Of a DNA stretch of 64,000 nucleotides, positions 21,777 through 37,493 are shown piece by piece. Under the pieces are notes generated by a model. That model was not told where the DNA came from, did not search any database, and saw only the letters and a program-made list of their open reading frames with translations. Position numbers and translations under genes: made by a program. Where the stretch lies: NCBI GenBank assembly GCA_051294375.1, contig CM119263.1, positions 23,847,310 to 23,911,309 on the forward strand. The letters are read 5' to 3'. How positions within the stretch are numbered: the stretch's first letter is position 1; every line of letters begins with the position of its first letter. This stretch comes from Paraspadella gotoi (Eukaryota; Animalia; Chaetognatha).

Positions 21777-24529
21777 TCATCTCTCTCTCTCTCTCTCATA
21801 AATCGCGTTTCCTTCATTCGACAGTCCGACCTTGAAATCACGAGAGATAGGCAAAGGAAACCGTGACGAGTTTAGGCGAATTTTGGTCAGTCTATAGTTT
21901 ATAAAAATTTAGAATATATTTCGTAACAAAATGAATTTATCCATAAATTAACTCGACCACGTTTTCAACATCGACCATGGTTAGAAATTAACAATTGGAT
22001 CATGTTGAGGTGGAGTTGAGTTAAGCGGCCGAAGATGATGTCGATGCAGGAAGAGAAAAGAAGAAACGTGAAAAGGTAGGGCCGTGAGACAGGAAGTTGG
22101 TGAACGCCAATGACGTCCAGCGGGAGAGTAAAAAAAAAATCTTGGCTCGAGAAAATCTGTGAGGCGACGCCGGGGTTGAATTGGCGAAGGGAAAGTTTGG
22201 GCAAGGTGACCAACGATGCTAAGAATAGGAGGGGGGGCGGAGGATCATGGGCACTGGGGAGAGGAGATAAAGAGAGAGAGAGGAATCAGTTCATCTTAAC
22301 TAATGCTTGTATAGCCATTTAATTTCAAATCATAATTGTTTACGAATGCAATCTGAAATTTGTAACATTAGCCATTTCTCCTTTAATTTTTACTTTGTGT
22401 ATGTATATTATATATTTAGTTCTTACTTGAAATGTAGGCTAAAAGTTTATTAAGGCTAAGATTGGAAAAAAACGCTCAGTCAAGGAAGACAAAAAATTTG
22501 TTTGTTAAGGTTCATTTTCTTGGTTCAGCTTGCGTTGAAGATCAAACACCAACGACATTTATCTCCACAAAATAACAATAACAACAACGAAAATGGATTA
22601 TATTTTTTTCTGGAATTGCAAGGACATGGGCATTTTTTCGTTAAGCCAAGTACAAATCATTACATGCTATTTAAAACAATATTTCTTTCTTTCTTTCTTC
22701 ACGTTCTTTTTTCTTTCTTTCTTCTTTCTTTTCTTTCTTTCTTTCTCTCTTTTTTTCCCCTCCATTCGCTTAATTTTTTGTTAGCTGCTTCATTTTTACG
22801 TCTTTTCATTTTTAAAATTTCTTCTTTTCTCTTTTATTTTTTTGAGTTTTCGTGCTAAAAAGAGATAACGAATGAAAAGGAAAACCGAGTCGACGTCAAG
22901 TTCAAACCAGAGAAGAGGAAGAGAAGGGAAAAAATTAAAAGGGAGCGGACAAAGCGAGCGCTAGTAAAAATTAGGGAAAAACTGGAAATAAGAAAAAATG
23001 AACTGAAATAGAAAAAAGATGTATGAATGAACGATAAAAGCCAGGAGTAAATAAATTAAATAAATAAAAAAATAAAAAATTAAAAATAAGGGGATCTAAA
23101 AAAAAAGCGAAAAATAAACGCAAGTCAAAGGAACTATTGAGCAAAAAAAAACAAAGACAAAAAAAACAACCCGAAGATGTTTGTTCAATTTTCGTTCAAA
23201 AAAAGAAGCAAATGTCGAAGGTGCTAAAAGTGGAAAAAATGAAAACCTAAAAAAGAAAGTTAAAAAAATCTTTAAAACATGTTGGAGCTTAGAACGATTT
23301 TGTGAACTAGGAAAACAAAAAACAAAGTGAACGACGACGACGACGCGACGTAATGGCGGCTGACGGTGGAAACGAGCGAGACGATACTAAGTTTACGACG
23401 AAAATAAAAAATCAATTTAAGTTCGATTTTATGTTATGACCCATAAAAAAAAGGTATTCATATTTTTTTTTTAAAGTAAATTAGGTAATAATTTCATTTA
23501 CATTAAAAAAAAATAATAACAATAAACAGATCATCTTTTTTGTTTGTATATAATAGTTAAACTAACGGGCGTAATAACTTGGGCGACTAAAAATAAAACG
23601 GCGAGAATAAAAAAAAGCAACAATAAAAGAGAAAAAAGAAAACCGATAACGAGAGTAATAACCAAATGTGTCGCTTTCATCGTCAACTTTCCGTGGAAAA
23701 ACCGAGGTCAAGTTCGACCTACCATATTGAAAAGGGGAAAAAGAGAAGGGGGAGGGAGGGGAAAAAAAAATGGATCAGCAGCTGTTTCTTGTCGAGTAGG
23801 ATCCTTCGCCGAACTACTTTTTATTTGTTATGCTTACTTATTTAACTCGAAATCAAGATTAGTCTCCCATCGATAACCGACGACCATCATTTTCGTCGTC
23901 GTCGGCTGCTGTCGTCGTCGTGCCATCTTTGTTTTAATACTGCCTCGTTCCCAGATCGAAGCACGCCGCCGCGACCGCGCGTTCCGGACGAGAGGGATCG
24001 TCGTCGTCGTCGTCCGTTTCGGCGTTCTCATCATCTGTTGACAATGTAATGGTTCAAAATCTATAGCTGACTTTTTTTTTTTTCAACAAGCGGGGAAAAA
24101 AAAAGTAATGTTGGAATGCAATTAGACGATTTTTACGTTTCGAGAGTTTTTCGCTTCGCAAATCAACACGTTTCCCCCCAGCAAGGAAAGGCCTAAAAAC
24201 AAGGAGGGCGTAAACGACAAAATGATGGAAAATCGAAGCTTGCAATGTCCAAAATGGGAGAACGCCAATATTTTAGAAAACGGAAGAGAACGCAATGACG
24301 GAATTCGGGGATTATAAATGACAGGAAATTAAGGATATATCAATGACGGAATTAAGTTGGACGCATCGATGGAAATCGCAGCTTTGAAACGACGAAAATT
24401 CAAAAAATAAAAATGAACGAAAAACTTTTAAAGACCAAATAACGAAAATCGGGGAATTTTTCGATGAGAAGCGAAAACGGAATGAGCGGCCAAGCACGTG
24501 TCGAAAAGTGCAACTCAATTCCACAGTCT

Positions 24530-24560
<31 letters not shown>

Positions 24561-26787
24561 TGTTATCCTCTTTTCGCGGCAAACTCCGTCATCCTCGTCA
24601 TTCAACTACAAGGAGATCCAACGGGTGCCGTTCTCAAAAGAATTTATTAGCTCAGTGAGCATATTTAAATAAAATCTTTTCATTAATGTGCAAAAATAAA
24701 TCAAAAGTCATGACAACTTTGTTTTATACCCCTCAATCCTATTGAAAAATCAAAGGTTATGTCCAAGTGTAGAAAGGGGAAAAGTTCGCAGAAAATCGCT
24801 TTTTTCTAAGTTTTTCTGATTTCGAAAATTACTCACTGCTATTCAACAGTTCTTGTATGGCCAACAGCCGGGTTCCCTGTGATGCCCATTGGATGGGGCA
24901 TCTCACTGTTGGCTTTGGGGGCTTCCGACCTCAGTGACGCCCTCAGTCACTGCGCGGTTACCCTAGGACGGTCTCTGGCTTTGGCCCAAAACGCAGAGGG
25001 AAGTCTGGATGGAACACAAAGACTGGGATGGTGTGGTTACACCCTCGGAAGGCACGGCTGAATGCAATGGTGGATGTGAAGCGGTATGTTAATATACCGC
25101 CACCACTTGTCTCTTTTAGTTTTTTTTTAAGAGCCGGGGCAAAGTCAAGAGCTTCCTGTCGACCATTGGTGACCATTCATTGAAAGTTTAGTGAAAAACT
25201 TTAAAAAGAATAGCGCAATTCCAAAGTTGAAAGTTTTGTTTCGAGAATTCAAAAAAAAATCAAAATTCTTATCTCGCCGTAAAAAATATCGTGTTCTTTC
25301 ACTGTTAAAATATGAAATGAAACATGTCGTCACATGTTTTATAGAACGAGCAACGAGAAAAAAATTTTCGAGGCCTTTTCTAACTAATAAAAATCTATAT
25401 TCATGACAATGGATAGATTATATGGGTGCTGTAGCCATTTTTTTTGAAGGTCGGTGCCCGCGTGGATCTCCTTGAAAGGGCTAGAGGAAAACGGTTCACA
25501 CAGTCCGAACTACTTTCGGTTAGTAAGACCTCTTCAAGACTTCTTCATATATTACGTTTTGGTCGTCGTCGTCTATCGTCGTCATCGCGTCGTCATTTTT
25601 CTCTTTCAAAGTGAAATCTCGTCCGTTGAAGCGTGCGCCACCAGCAGTGCCTCTCAAATTACATTTTACCAAGCGCATCTTTTGTACTGTTTGCTATTAA
25701 CTAAATTATTTGTGATTCTCCGTCATGCGTCCGCTTTTTCCGCCAATGTAAAATTCCTATCCGCCAGTGAGATTTCAATTTCAAACTTTACTCCGCTTCA
25801 TGCTATTGTCTCTCTTGGTTTTCCACGGGACAGAATTCCGTTCATCGCATCTTTTCGTCCGAATGTTTATTGTCTGTGCTGCGTTTCGTTTGACTGTCAG
25901 TTCCGAAAGCCGAATCTTCGCAACTAACATATAATTGCTGCGTCTTGGTGCCGCTTCAATACGTAACTCGCGCGCCACGTACCGCTCTTCTTTGGCGGAC
26001 TGCGGGAGAGAAGGAGAGAGAAGAGAGAGAGAGAGGAGAAAGAGGAGAGAAGAGAGAAGATAGAGAGAGAGAGCGAGACGAGAGAGAGAGATGAGAGAGA
26101 GACGGCAGAGAAGAGGAGGAGAGGAAGGAAGAGAGTGGAAGAAGTCAGCAACTATTGCTCTCTAAACAATCCTTTTCTCGGCGCTCAGTGATCCACCTCA
26201 GTTATCGTGTATACAATTCATTAGCCTTATTGCCTCTCTTTTTCTTAAGCCGTTTGTACCTACAAGTATTCATCTATAGTCATTTCCCAAGCTCTGACTA
26301 CTTTTTCTACAAGACTTAAGTTCGCCATATATTCATTTCTCCAGTCCACTTCCTTGACCTTTTTTCCCTCCTTCTATTCTTTCGCTACTTTTCACATTTC
26401 TTAACACGTCAAAGCGCAGAGCGCACGACGGAGCGCTTTATAATCCTGACAGTGCCGTCTCTAGAATTCTGACTATGCCGGTTTGGATTCCGTGGAATTC
26501 CGGATCACAAGCCAATCGCTCTTTACCGTCTTCTGTCGTTTACTAGGGCGAATATCAAGATATTAAACGGTTAAAGCGAATAGAAATATAATAGCATTTG
26601 TGTTTCATTCAATGCGAAATTTTTTTTTAGCATTTTTTACGTCCTTATCACAGCTTATTCTGTCATCTCTTATCTCTGTCTAGTCTCTCTTTCTATGTGT
26701 CTCTCTGTCTAGTACTTTCTCTCTCTCTTTCTTTCTCTATCTATCCTATATATGAGCTCCACTCTATCTATCTATCTAATCTATCTT

Positions 26788-26821
<34 letters not shown>

Positions 26822-28209
26822 TTCTATCTATCTTTCTATCTATCTGTCGTCCTCTCTCTCACTCTCTCTCCGTCTTCTCTCTCTCTTCTCTCTCTCTCGT
26901 CTCTCTCTCTCTTCTCTCTCTAAATTATACTAAAATAAAAGCTTATAAAATATATATCTTTCTTTGGTTACAGAAAATACGATGATGTTATAAGAAGAAT
27001 AAAACTACGAATAAAAGACACAGACGTATGATGAAGACGACTGAGAGACGACGACGACGACGACCGACGTCTTCGTCTTCTTCGGCCTCAGGCTTTTCTC
27101 GCAAAAGATGGAAATTGTTTTTGGAGAGAGAGAAATTTGTCGCGAACGACGACGTCGACGATTCGTGTTAAGACGAAGACTATTTTTTTTTTTTCAAGTC
27201 GAATCGAATTGTAGAGCCGACCAAAGATCGGACCGAACAACGTTACGAGACCGACGAGTATCGAACGCGACAAAAGAAATTTCTCTTCGAAAAAAAAAAA
27301 AAAAAAAAAATTCGCGCCATTTCGTTTTTCCCGCCGAGAGAAAACTTTTTTGTTCCGTCGAACAACGCCTCGTGTGCAAAATGAGCCCTTTTGCTCCGGC
27401 AAGTCAAAACCCTTCCCTCTCGGCAATCGAAGTCTCCGCTCCTTGCAACCGATTCTCCGCTCGCGGCAGGCCAATTCTCACGCAAATGACGTCAAGCAGA
27501 GTCGATGGAAAGCTGGCACGTACTTTTCGACCAGACGGGGCGCCTGCTATCTGGAAAGCAAAGATAAGGAGAACGGAAAAAAAAAGGAAAGAAATAATTA
27601 AAAAAAAAAAGTGGAAAGGGAAAGAAAGCGACGCGACCGCGACCGGGAATTCTGTATCAGCGATTTTTCACGCACAATTCGCGAGAAAAACAATGAAAAC
27701 CTAGAAATCGATTGAGACGTGCCGGGCGGCGTGACGTTAGCTCTTATTCCCTGTCGTACGCGCATTGTCATAATTCGACTAGCGTTCCTTTTTTAACTGC
27801 TACTTCCTTCTGCGCATGCGCTGATCGCGAGTAGTTGAAAAAGTTTTTTCAATTGATCGCGTAATATGACAAAGCTTGACGAAGCTACCTCGACTTTAAC
27901 TTAAACGGATTTATTCGGTCAACACATGAACACACATGAAAGCAAAATGAATAATGCAATTCAATAATAACGTCGATCAAATAACTACGCAATCTCGATA
28001 TCAACGAATCGTTCTTCGTCGTCTCTTCGTCACGAACGACATCTTCGACGCAGAAGTGACGCGCTCTTCATCAGGGCAAGAGTGAGAGGAGGAGGGAAAT
28101 GTACGGCGGGAACGAGTTCGGTCCCGAGACGTCAAATCGACTTCCGTTTTTTTCTGCTCCATAGTTAGTTTGAAGTGTCAACTCGCGTCGGTCCTGTTGC
28201 GGAGAGAGA

Positions 28210-28249
<40 letters not shown>

Positions 28250-29525
28250 AAGAGAGAGAGAGAGAGAAGAGAAAGAGAGAGAGGAGAGAGAGAGAAAGCG
28301 AAGAAGGAGAAAAACTTTGTCCATCGGCATTTCCGGCATGCTGCTCTTTTTTTTTTTTTCCACGCACCTGGAGACCCGGACGCCCCTCTTCGGCGCCGAC
28401 ACGAAACGACCACGCCATCGGTCGTACTACGGACTCGGCGGAGAGACGGCACGAGGGGGCTATGCGAGGGGCGCTGCCGGCCGGCCAACCACGCTGCGCG
28501 CCCGCTTGCCCGCCACCGCCGCTGCCGCCGCTACCCTCTTCCGGCCTCGAGAAGAGACGTGACGAGGTTGAGAGGAATCGGTTCCGGTTTGACCTTAATC
28601 GACTTTTTTTTCTCTCTTCTCTCGTCGGTGAGAGGAAAGAAATCTGCGATAAAAACAGATTTAACACACGTTACAGTAAATTTCGAATAATGACCAACAA
28701 AATTAATTAAATTTATCTGTGGATTAAGACATTTCTTCAATTTCAAACTCCGATACCTACGAAGCAATCCTCCATAGTTTTTACGAAAATTCTTCCTAAA
28801 AAATACATTTTCATTTTCTGCTCGACTCAAACGGACTCGAAATATTTTTATGAAAATAATTAACCTACAGTAATTTGGATTTTTTTTCCTTACGGTCATC
28901 CCTCCGTCGCTAATCCAGTATCCCGCTCCTTGCTCATCTACTCCAGCCTCGTCCGTCATGCATTCTTTAAAAAAGGAGGAGAGATTTAATATTTAAACCT
29001 TGAGAATTCTATTTTGGTATAACCAAGATCATAGTTTCTTAATAAAATCTTATTAGAATTTGGTCAGGTTGACGATTGGCTTAAAAAAACAAATAATCTT
29101 CTAAATTTTAAGTCTTTTGTAATAATAATTTTTTAACCTTATTTATAAACCACAACAATAAATTGGAGTATTAAGGTTATTTAATAATTTTATTTTGATT
29201 AATTTAAGTATGCTGGCTGAATAACAGGCTCATTTTTTTTCCAAAAATTTTGAATTTTTAAAACCGGAAGTGGTACGACGCAAAAACCCTGGCGTGGAAA
29301 ATCGCATCAAATGAGCTATTCGGGGAAATTTTTTATTGTGATATTCGTTTTTCTCCATAAATTTGGCACAAAGAAACTTTGCAGGTATCAGGAACTTTCA
29401 AAAATGCATGTAAAAATTTCTGGGAAGCTCTAACACGGATCTGACTTTCTTTTATTACGTCACAATTTTTGGGTATAAAATTTGGGGTAGAGAACAGTCT
29501 CTCGTCTCTCTCTCTCTCTCTCGTC

Positions 29526-29570
<45 letters not shown>

Positions 29571-32323
29571 TCATCTCTCTCTCTCTCTCTCATAAATCGC
29601 GTTTCCTTCATTCGACAGTCCGACCTTGAAATCACGAGAGATAGGCAAAGGAAACCGTGACGAGTTTAGGCGAATTTTGGTCAGTCTATAGTTTATAAAA
29701 ATTTAGAATATATTTCGTAACAAAATGAATTTATCCATAAATTAACTCGACCACGTTTTCAACATCGACCATGGTTAGAAATTAACAATTGGATCATGTT
29801 GAGGTGGAGTTGAGTTAAGCGGCCGAAGATGATGTCGATGCAGGAAGAGAAAAGAAGAAACGTGAAAAGGTAGGGCCGTGAGACAGGAAGTTGGTGAACG
29901 CCAATGACGTCCAGCGGGAGAGTAAAAAAAAAATCTTGGCTCGAGAAAATCTGTGAGGCGACGCCGGGGTTGAATTGGCGAAGGGAAAGTTTGGGCAAGG
30001 TGACCAACGATGCTAAGAATAGGAGGGGGGGCGGAGGATCATGGGCACTGGGGAGAGGAGATAAAGAGAGAGAGAGGAATCAGTTCATCTTAACTAATGC
30101 TTGTATAGCCATTTAATTTCAAATCATAATTGTTTACGAATGCAATCTGAAATTTGTAACATTAGCCATTTCTCCTTTAATTTTTACTTTGTGTATGTAT
30201 ATTATATATTTAGTTCTTACTTGAAATGTAGGCTAAAAGTTTATTAAGGCTAAGATTGGAAAAAAACGCTCAGTCAAGGAAGACAAAAAATTTGTTTGTT
30301 AAGGTTCATTTTCTTGGTTCAGCTTGCGTTGAAGATCAAACACCAACGACATTTATCTCCACAAAATAACAATAACAACAACGAAAATGGATTATATTTT
30401 TTTCTGGAATTGCAAGGACATGGGCATTTTTTCGTTAAGCCAAGTACAAATCATTACATGCTATTTAAAACAATATTTCTTTCTTTCTTTCTTCACGTTC
30501 TTTTTTCTTTCTTTCTTCTTTCTTTTCTTTCTTTCTTTCTCTCTTTTTTTCCCCTCCATTCGCTTAATTTTTTGTTAGCTGCTTCATTTTTACGTCTTTT
30601 CATTTTTAAAATTTCTTCTTTTCTCTTTTATTTTTTTGAGTTTTCGTGCTAAAAAGAGATAACGAATGAAAAGGAAAACCGAGTCGACGTCAAGTTCAAA
30701 CCAGAGAAGAGGAAGAGAAGGGAAAAAATTAAAAGGGAGCGGACAAAGCGAGCGCTAGTAAAAATTAGGGAAAAACTGGAAATAAGAAAAAATGAACTGA
30801 AATAGAAAAAAGATGTATGAATGAACGATAAAAGCCAGGAGTAAATAAATTAAATAAATAAAAAAATAAAAAATTAAAAATAAGGGGATCTAAAAAAAAA
30901 GCGAAAAATAAACGCAAGTCAAAGGAACTATTGAGCAAAAAAAAACAAAGACAAAAAAAACAACCCGAAGATGTTTGTTCAATTTTCGTTCAAAAAAAGA
31001 AGCAAATGTCGAAGGTGCTAAAAGTGGAAAAAATGAAAACCTAAAAAAGAAAGTTAAAAAAATCTTTAAAACATGTTGGAGCTTAGAACGATTTTGTGAA
31101 CTAGGAAAACAAAAAACAAAGTGAACGACGACGACGACGCGACGTAATGGCGGCTGACGGTGGAAACGAGCGAGACGATACTAAGTTTACGACGAAAATA
31201 AAAAATCAATTTAAGTTCGATTTTATGTTATGACCCATAAAAAAAAGGTATTCATATTTTTTTTTTAAAGTAAATTAGGTAATAATTTCATTTACATTAA
31301 AAAAAAATAATAACAATAAACAGATCATCTTTTTTGTTTGTATATAATAGTTAAACTAACGGGCGTAATAACTTGGGCGACTAAAAATAAAACGGCGAGA
31401 ATAAAAAAAAGCAACAATAAAAGAGAAAAAAGAAAACCGATAACGAGAGTAATAACCAAATGTGTCGCTTTCATCGTCAACTTTCCGTGGAAAAACCGAG
31501 GTCAAGTTCGACCTACCATATTGAAAAGGGGAAAAAGAGAAGGGGGAGGGAGGGGAAAAAAAAATGGATCAGCAGCTGTTTCTTGTCGAGTAGGATCCTT
31601 CGCCGAACTACTTTTTATTTGTTATGCTTACTTATTTAACTCGAAATCAAGATTAGTCTCCCATCGATAACCGACGACCATCATTTTCGTCGTCGTCGGC
31701 TGCTGTCGTCGTCGTGCCATCTTTGTTTTAATACTGCCTCGTTCCCAGATCGAAGCACGCCGCCGCGACCGCGCGTTCCGGACGAGAGGGATCGTCGTCG
31801 TCGTCGTCCGTTTCGGCGTTCTCATCATCTGTTGACAATGTAATGGTTCAAAATCTATAGCTGACTTTTTTTTTTTTCAACAAGCGGGGAAAAAAAAAGT
31901 AATGTTGGAATGCAATTAGACGATTTTTACGTTTCGAGAGTTTTTCGCTTCGCAAATCAACACGTTTCCCCCCAGCAAGGAAAGGCCTAAAAACAAGGAG
32001 GGCGTAAACGACAAAATGATGGAAAATCGAAGCTTGCAATGTCCAAAATGGGAGAACGCCAATATTTTAGAAAACGGAAGAGAACGCAATGACGGAATTC
32101 GGGGATTATAAATGACAGGAAATTAAGGATATATCAATGACGGAATTAAGTTGGACGCATCGATGGAAATCGCAGCTTTGAAACGACGAAAATTCAAAAA
32201 ATAAAAATGAACGAAAAACTTTTAAAGACCAAATAACGAAAATCGGGGAATTTTTCGATGAGAAGCGAAAACGGAATGAGCGGCCAAGCACGTGTCGAAA
32301 AGTGCAACTCAATTCCACAGTCT

Positions 32324-32354
<31 letters not shown>

Positions 32355-33824
32355 TGTTATCCTCTTTTCGCGGCAAACTCCGTCATCCTCGTCATTCAAC
32401 TACAAGGAGATCCAACGGGTGCCGTTCTCAAAAGAATTTATTAGCTCAGTGAGCATATTTAAATAAAATCTTTTCATTAATGTGCAAAAATAAATCAAAA
32501 GTCATGACAACTTTGTTTTATACCCCTCAATCCTATTGAAAAATCAAAGGTTATGTCCAAGTGTAGAAAGGGGAAAAGTTCGCAGAAAATCGCTTTTTTC
32601 TAAGTTTTTCTGATTTCGAAAATTACTCACTGCTATTCAACAGTTCTTGTATGGCCAACAGCCGGGTTCCCTGTGATGCCCATTGGATGGGGCATCTCAC
32701 TGTTGGCTTTGGGGGCTTCCGACCTCAGTGACGCCCTCAGTCACTGCGCGGTTACCCTAGGACGGTCTCTGGCTTTGGCCCAAAACGCAGAGGGAAGTCT
32801 GGATGGAACACAAAGACTGGGATGGTGTGGTTACACCCTCGGAAGGCACGGCTGAATGCAATGGTGGATGTGAAGCGGTATGTTAATATACCGCCACCAC
32901 TTGTCTCTTTTAGTTTTTTTTTAAGAGCCGGGGCAAAGTCAAGAGCTTCCTGTCGACCATTGGTGACCATTCATTGAAAGTTTAGTGAAAAACTTTAAAA
33001 AGAATAGCGCAATTCCAAAGTTGAAAGTTTTGTTTCGAGAATTCAAAAAAAAATCAAAATTCTTATCTCGCCGTAAAAAATATCGTGTTCTTTCACTGTT
33101 AAAATATGAAATGAAACATGTCGTCACATGTTTTATAGAACGAGCAACGAGAAAAAAATTTTCGAGGCCTTTTCTAACTAATAAAAATCTATATTCATGA
33201 CAATGGATAGATTATATGGGTGCTGTAGCCATTTTTTTTGAAGGTCGGTGCCCGCGTGGATCTCCTTGAAAGGGCTAGAGGAAAACGGTTCACACAGTCC
33301 GAACTACTTTCGGTTAGTAAACCTCTTTCAAATCTTCTTCTTTTTAGTTTTGGTCGTCGTCGCAATCGTCGTCCATCGCCGTCATTTTTCTTTTTCAAGT
33401 GAATCTATCCAGAAACTCTTCCGTTGCAGCGTGCGCGCCAGCCAGTGCCTCCACATTTTATCCGCGCATTTTTGATGTTTGCTATCAAATTATTTGGGAT
33501 TCTCTCTCGCCGTTCCGCCAATGTAAAATTCCTATCCGAGTGATTTTCAATTTCAAATCTTACTCGCTTCATGCCTATTGTCTCTCTTGTTTTTCCAGGA
33601 CAGAATTTCCGTTCATCGCATCTTTTCGTCCGAATGTCTTATTGTCTGTTCTGGCGTTTCGTTTGACTGTCAGTTCGAAAGCCGAACTTTCGCATGGCAA
33701 CGTTAATGAGCTTTGGTGCTCGCCCAAACCGCTAACTCGCGCCGTCCACGCCGCATTTCTTCTCGGCGGACTCGGAGAGAGAAAAGAGAGAGAGAGAGAG
33801 AGAGAAAGAGGGAGAGAGAGAGAG

Positions 33825-33880
<56 letters not shown>

Positions 33881-34420
33881 AGAGAGAGAGAAAAGAGAGA
33901 GAGAGAGAGAGAAGCAAACTTCTCTCTCAACCTTTTTCTCCGCTCAGGATCCACCTCTTTCGTGTTTACAACATTACCGTTTTTCTTTTTTTACAGTTTG
34001 GCCACAAGACTCTGCATTTTCCCTTTTTCTACAAACTTAGTTTCCGCCATTATCATTTTCTCCAGTCCAGTTCCTTGACCTTTTTCCCTCCTCTTTCTTT
34101 CCTACTTTTCACATTTCTTCCACCGTCGCGCAAGCGCACGGGACGCGTTTTTCCACGTGCGTCTCTAGAATTCTCTGACTTCCGGTTTCGCGATTGCCGT
34201 GAATTTCCGGATACGCCCTCTGCTTTCACCGTCTTCTTGTCGTTTCACAGGGGCGAATATCAAGAATTAAACGGTTAAAGCGAAAGAATAATAGTATTTG
34301 TTTTCATTCAATTGCGAAATTTTTTTTTACTTTTTACGTCCTTTCACTTTCTGTATCTCTTTCTCTGTCTGTCTTCTTTCTATGTGTCTCTCTCGTCTGT
34401 CTTTCTCTCTCTTTTCTTTC

Positions 34421-34457
<37 letters not shown>

Positions 34458-37400
34458 TCTATCTATCTATCTATCTATCTATCTAGTCTATCTATCCTAT
34501 CTATCTATCTTTCTATCTATCTGTCTCTCTCTCTCTCATCTTCGTCTCTCTCTCTTCTCTCTCTCTTCTCTCTCTCTCGTCTCTCTCGTCTCTGTCTCTC
34601 TCTCTTAAATTATAACTAGAAATAAAAGCCTTATAAATATATATCTTTCTTTGGTTACAGAAAAATACGATGATGTTATAAGAAGAATAAAACTATACGA
34701 ATAAAAGACACGACGTATGATGAAGACGACTGAGAACGACGACGACGACGACCGACGTCTCGGGTCTTCTTCGGCCTCAGGCCTTTTCTCGCCAAAGATG
34801 GAATTGTTTTTGGAGAGAAGAGAAATTTGTCGCGAACGACGACGTCGACGATTCGTGTTAAGAACGAAGACTATTTTTTTTTTCCAAGTCGAATCGAATT
34901 GTAGAGCCGACCAAAAGATCGGACCGACAACGTTCGAACCGACGCAGTTCGAACGCGAACAAAACGAAATTTGCTTCGAAAAAAAAAAAAAAAAAAAAAT
35001 TTCCGCGCCATTTTCGTTTTTCCCGCGAGAGAACTTTTTTGTTCCGTCGAACAACGCCTCGTGGTCGCAAATGAGCCCTTTTGCTCCGGCAATCAAAACC
35101 CTTCCCTCTGGCAATCGAATCCTCCGCTCCCGGCAACCGATTTCTCCGCTCCGGCAAGGCCAATTCTCGACCGGCAAATGACGTCAAGCAGAGTCGATGG
35201 AAAAGCTGGCAACGCTACTTTTCGACCGACGGGGCGCCTGCTATCTGGAAAGCCAAGATAAGGAGAAACGGAAAAAAAAAAGGAAAGAAATAAAAAAAAA
35301 AAAAAAAGTGGAAAGGGAAAGAAAGCGACGCGACCGCGACCGGGAATTCTGTATCAGCGATTTTTCACGCACATTCGCGAAAAAACAATGAAAACCTAGA
35401 ATCGATTGAGACGCCGGGCGGGCGTGACGTTAGCTCCTTTTCCTGTCGTATCGCCATTGTCATAATTCGACTAGCTTCCTTTTTAACTGCTACTTCCTTC
35501 TGCGCATGCGCTGATCGCCGAGTTAGTTGTAAAAGTTTTCAATTGGACGCGTTAATATGACAAAGCTTGACGAAGCTTACCTTCGACTTTAACTTAAACG
35601 GATTTATTCGGTCAACACATGAACAACATGAAAGCAAAATGAATAATCAATCATAATAACGTCGATCAAAATAACTACGCAATCTCGATATCAACGAATC
35701 GTCTTCGTCGTCTCTTCGTCACGAACGACATCTTCACCAGAAGTGACGCGCTCTCATCAGGGCAAGAGTGAGAGGAGGAGGGAAATGGTTACGGCGGGAA
35801 GCGAGTTCGGTCCCGAGACGTCAAATCGACTTCCGTTTTTTTTCTGCTCCATAGGTTAGTTTGAAGTGTCTAACTCGCGTCGGTCCTGTTGCGGAGAGAG
35901 AAGAGAGAAGATAGAGAGAGAGAGAGAGAGAGAGAGAAGAGAGAAGAGAGAGAGAAGAAGAGAAGAGAGAGAGAGAGAACACTTTGTCCATCGGCATTTT
36001 CCGGCATTCTCTCTTCTTCTTTTTTTTTCCACGGCACTGGAGACCCGGACGCCCTCTTCGGCGCCGACACGAAGGACCACGCCCATCGGTCGTACTACGG
36101 ACTCGGCGAGAGACGGCACGAGGGGGCTATGCGGAGGGGCGCTGCCGGCCGGCCAACCACGCTGCGCGCCCGCTTGCCCGGCCGCTGCCGCCGCTGCCCT
36201 CTTCCGGCCTTCGAGAGAGACGTGACGAGGTTGAGAGGAATGCGGTTCCGGTTTGGGACGCTTAAATTCCCACTTTTTTCTCTCTCTTCCTCTCTCGGTG
36301 GAGGAAAGAAATCTGCGATAAAACAGATTTAAACACACGTTACAGTAAAGATTTCGATTAAATGACCAACATAATTAATTAAATTTATGTGGATTTAGAC
36401 AAGTTTTTATGCTCGCCACATTTCTTTTCATTTCAAACTCCGATACCTACGAAGCAAATCCTCCATAGTTTTTACGGAAAATTCCTTCCCTCAGTCTTCC
36501 ACTTTTTTTCATTTTCTGCTCGACTCAAACGGACTCGAAATATTTTTAATGAAATAATTAACCTCCAGTAATTTGGATTTTTTTTTCCCTTACGGTCATC
36601 CTACCGTCGCCAATCCAGTATCCGCTCCTTGCTCATCTACTCCAGGACTCGTCGTCATGCATGTCTTTTCGCCCCCCTTTTTGCGCCCCCACTCCTCCCT
36701 TTCTTTTTACCAACAAAATGGCTCCTTCCGTACCACCTTTTCAAAACCACCCAGACAACCGTCGNNNNNNNNNNNNNNNNNNNNNNNNNACCGTCCGTCC
36801 TTTTGAATTCGACGCATGCGCATGAAAACCGTTTTATCGTCTCCTTGACGACGTGGGCGTGGCCGAGGGAACCGGAAGTGGCGACGGGATCCTGGACGAC
36901 AAAAAAGGAGGAGAGATTTAATATTTAAACCTTGAGAATTCTATTTTGGTATAACCAAGATCATAGTTTCTTAATAAAATCTTATTAGAATTTGGTCAGG
37001 TTGACGATTGGCTTAAAAAAACAAATAATCTTCTAAATTTTAAGTCTTTTGTAATAATAATTTTTTAACCTTATTTATAAACCACAACAATAAATTGGAG
37101 TATTAAGGTTATTTAATAATTTTATTTTGATTAATTTAAGTATGCTGGCTGAATAACAGGCTCATTTTTTTTCCAAAAATTTTGAATTTTTAAAACCGGA
37201 AGTGGTACGACGCAAAAACCCTGGCGTGGAAAATCGCATCAAATGAGCTATTCGGGGAAATTTTTTATTGTGATATTCGTTTTTCTCCATAAATTTGGCA
37301 CAAAGAAACTTTGCAGGTATCAGGAACTTTCAAAAATGCATGTAAAAATTTCTGGGAAGCTCTAACACGGATCTGACTTTCTTTTATTACGTCACAATTT

Positions 37401-37461
37401 TTGGGTATAAAATTTGGGGTAGAGAACAGTCTCTCGTCTCTCTCTCTCTCTCTCGTCTCTC

Positions 37462-37493
<32 letters not shown>

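Noticed and set aside
33399-36338. Many ER/SL-repeat, Phe-rich and Lys-rich ORFs (also elsewhere in the window)
   Set aside because: Products of (AG)n, (TCTA)n, poly-A/T and N runs; no domain signal.
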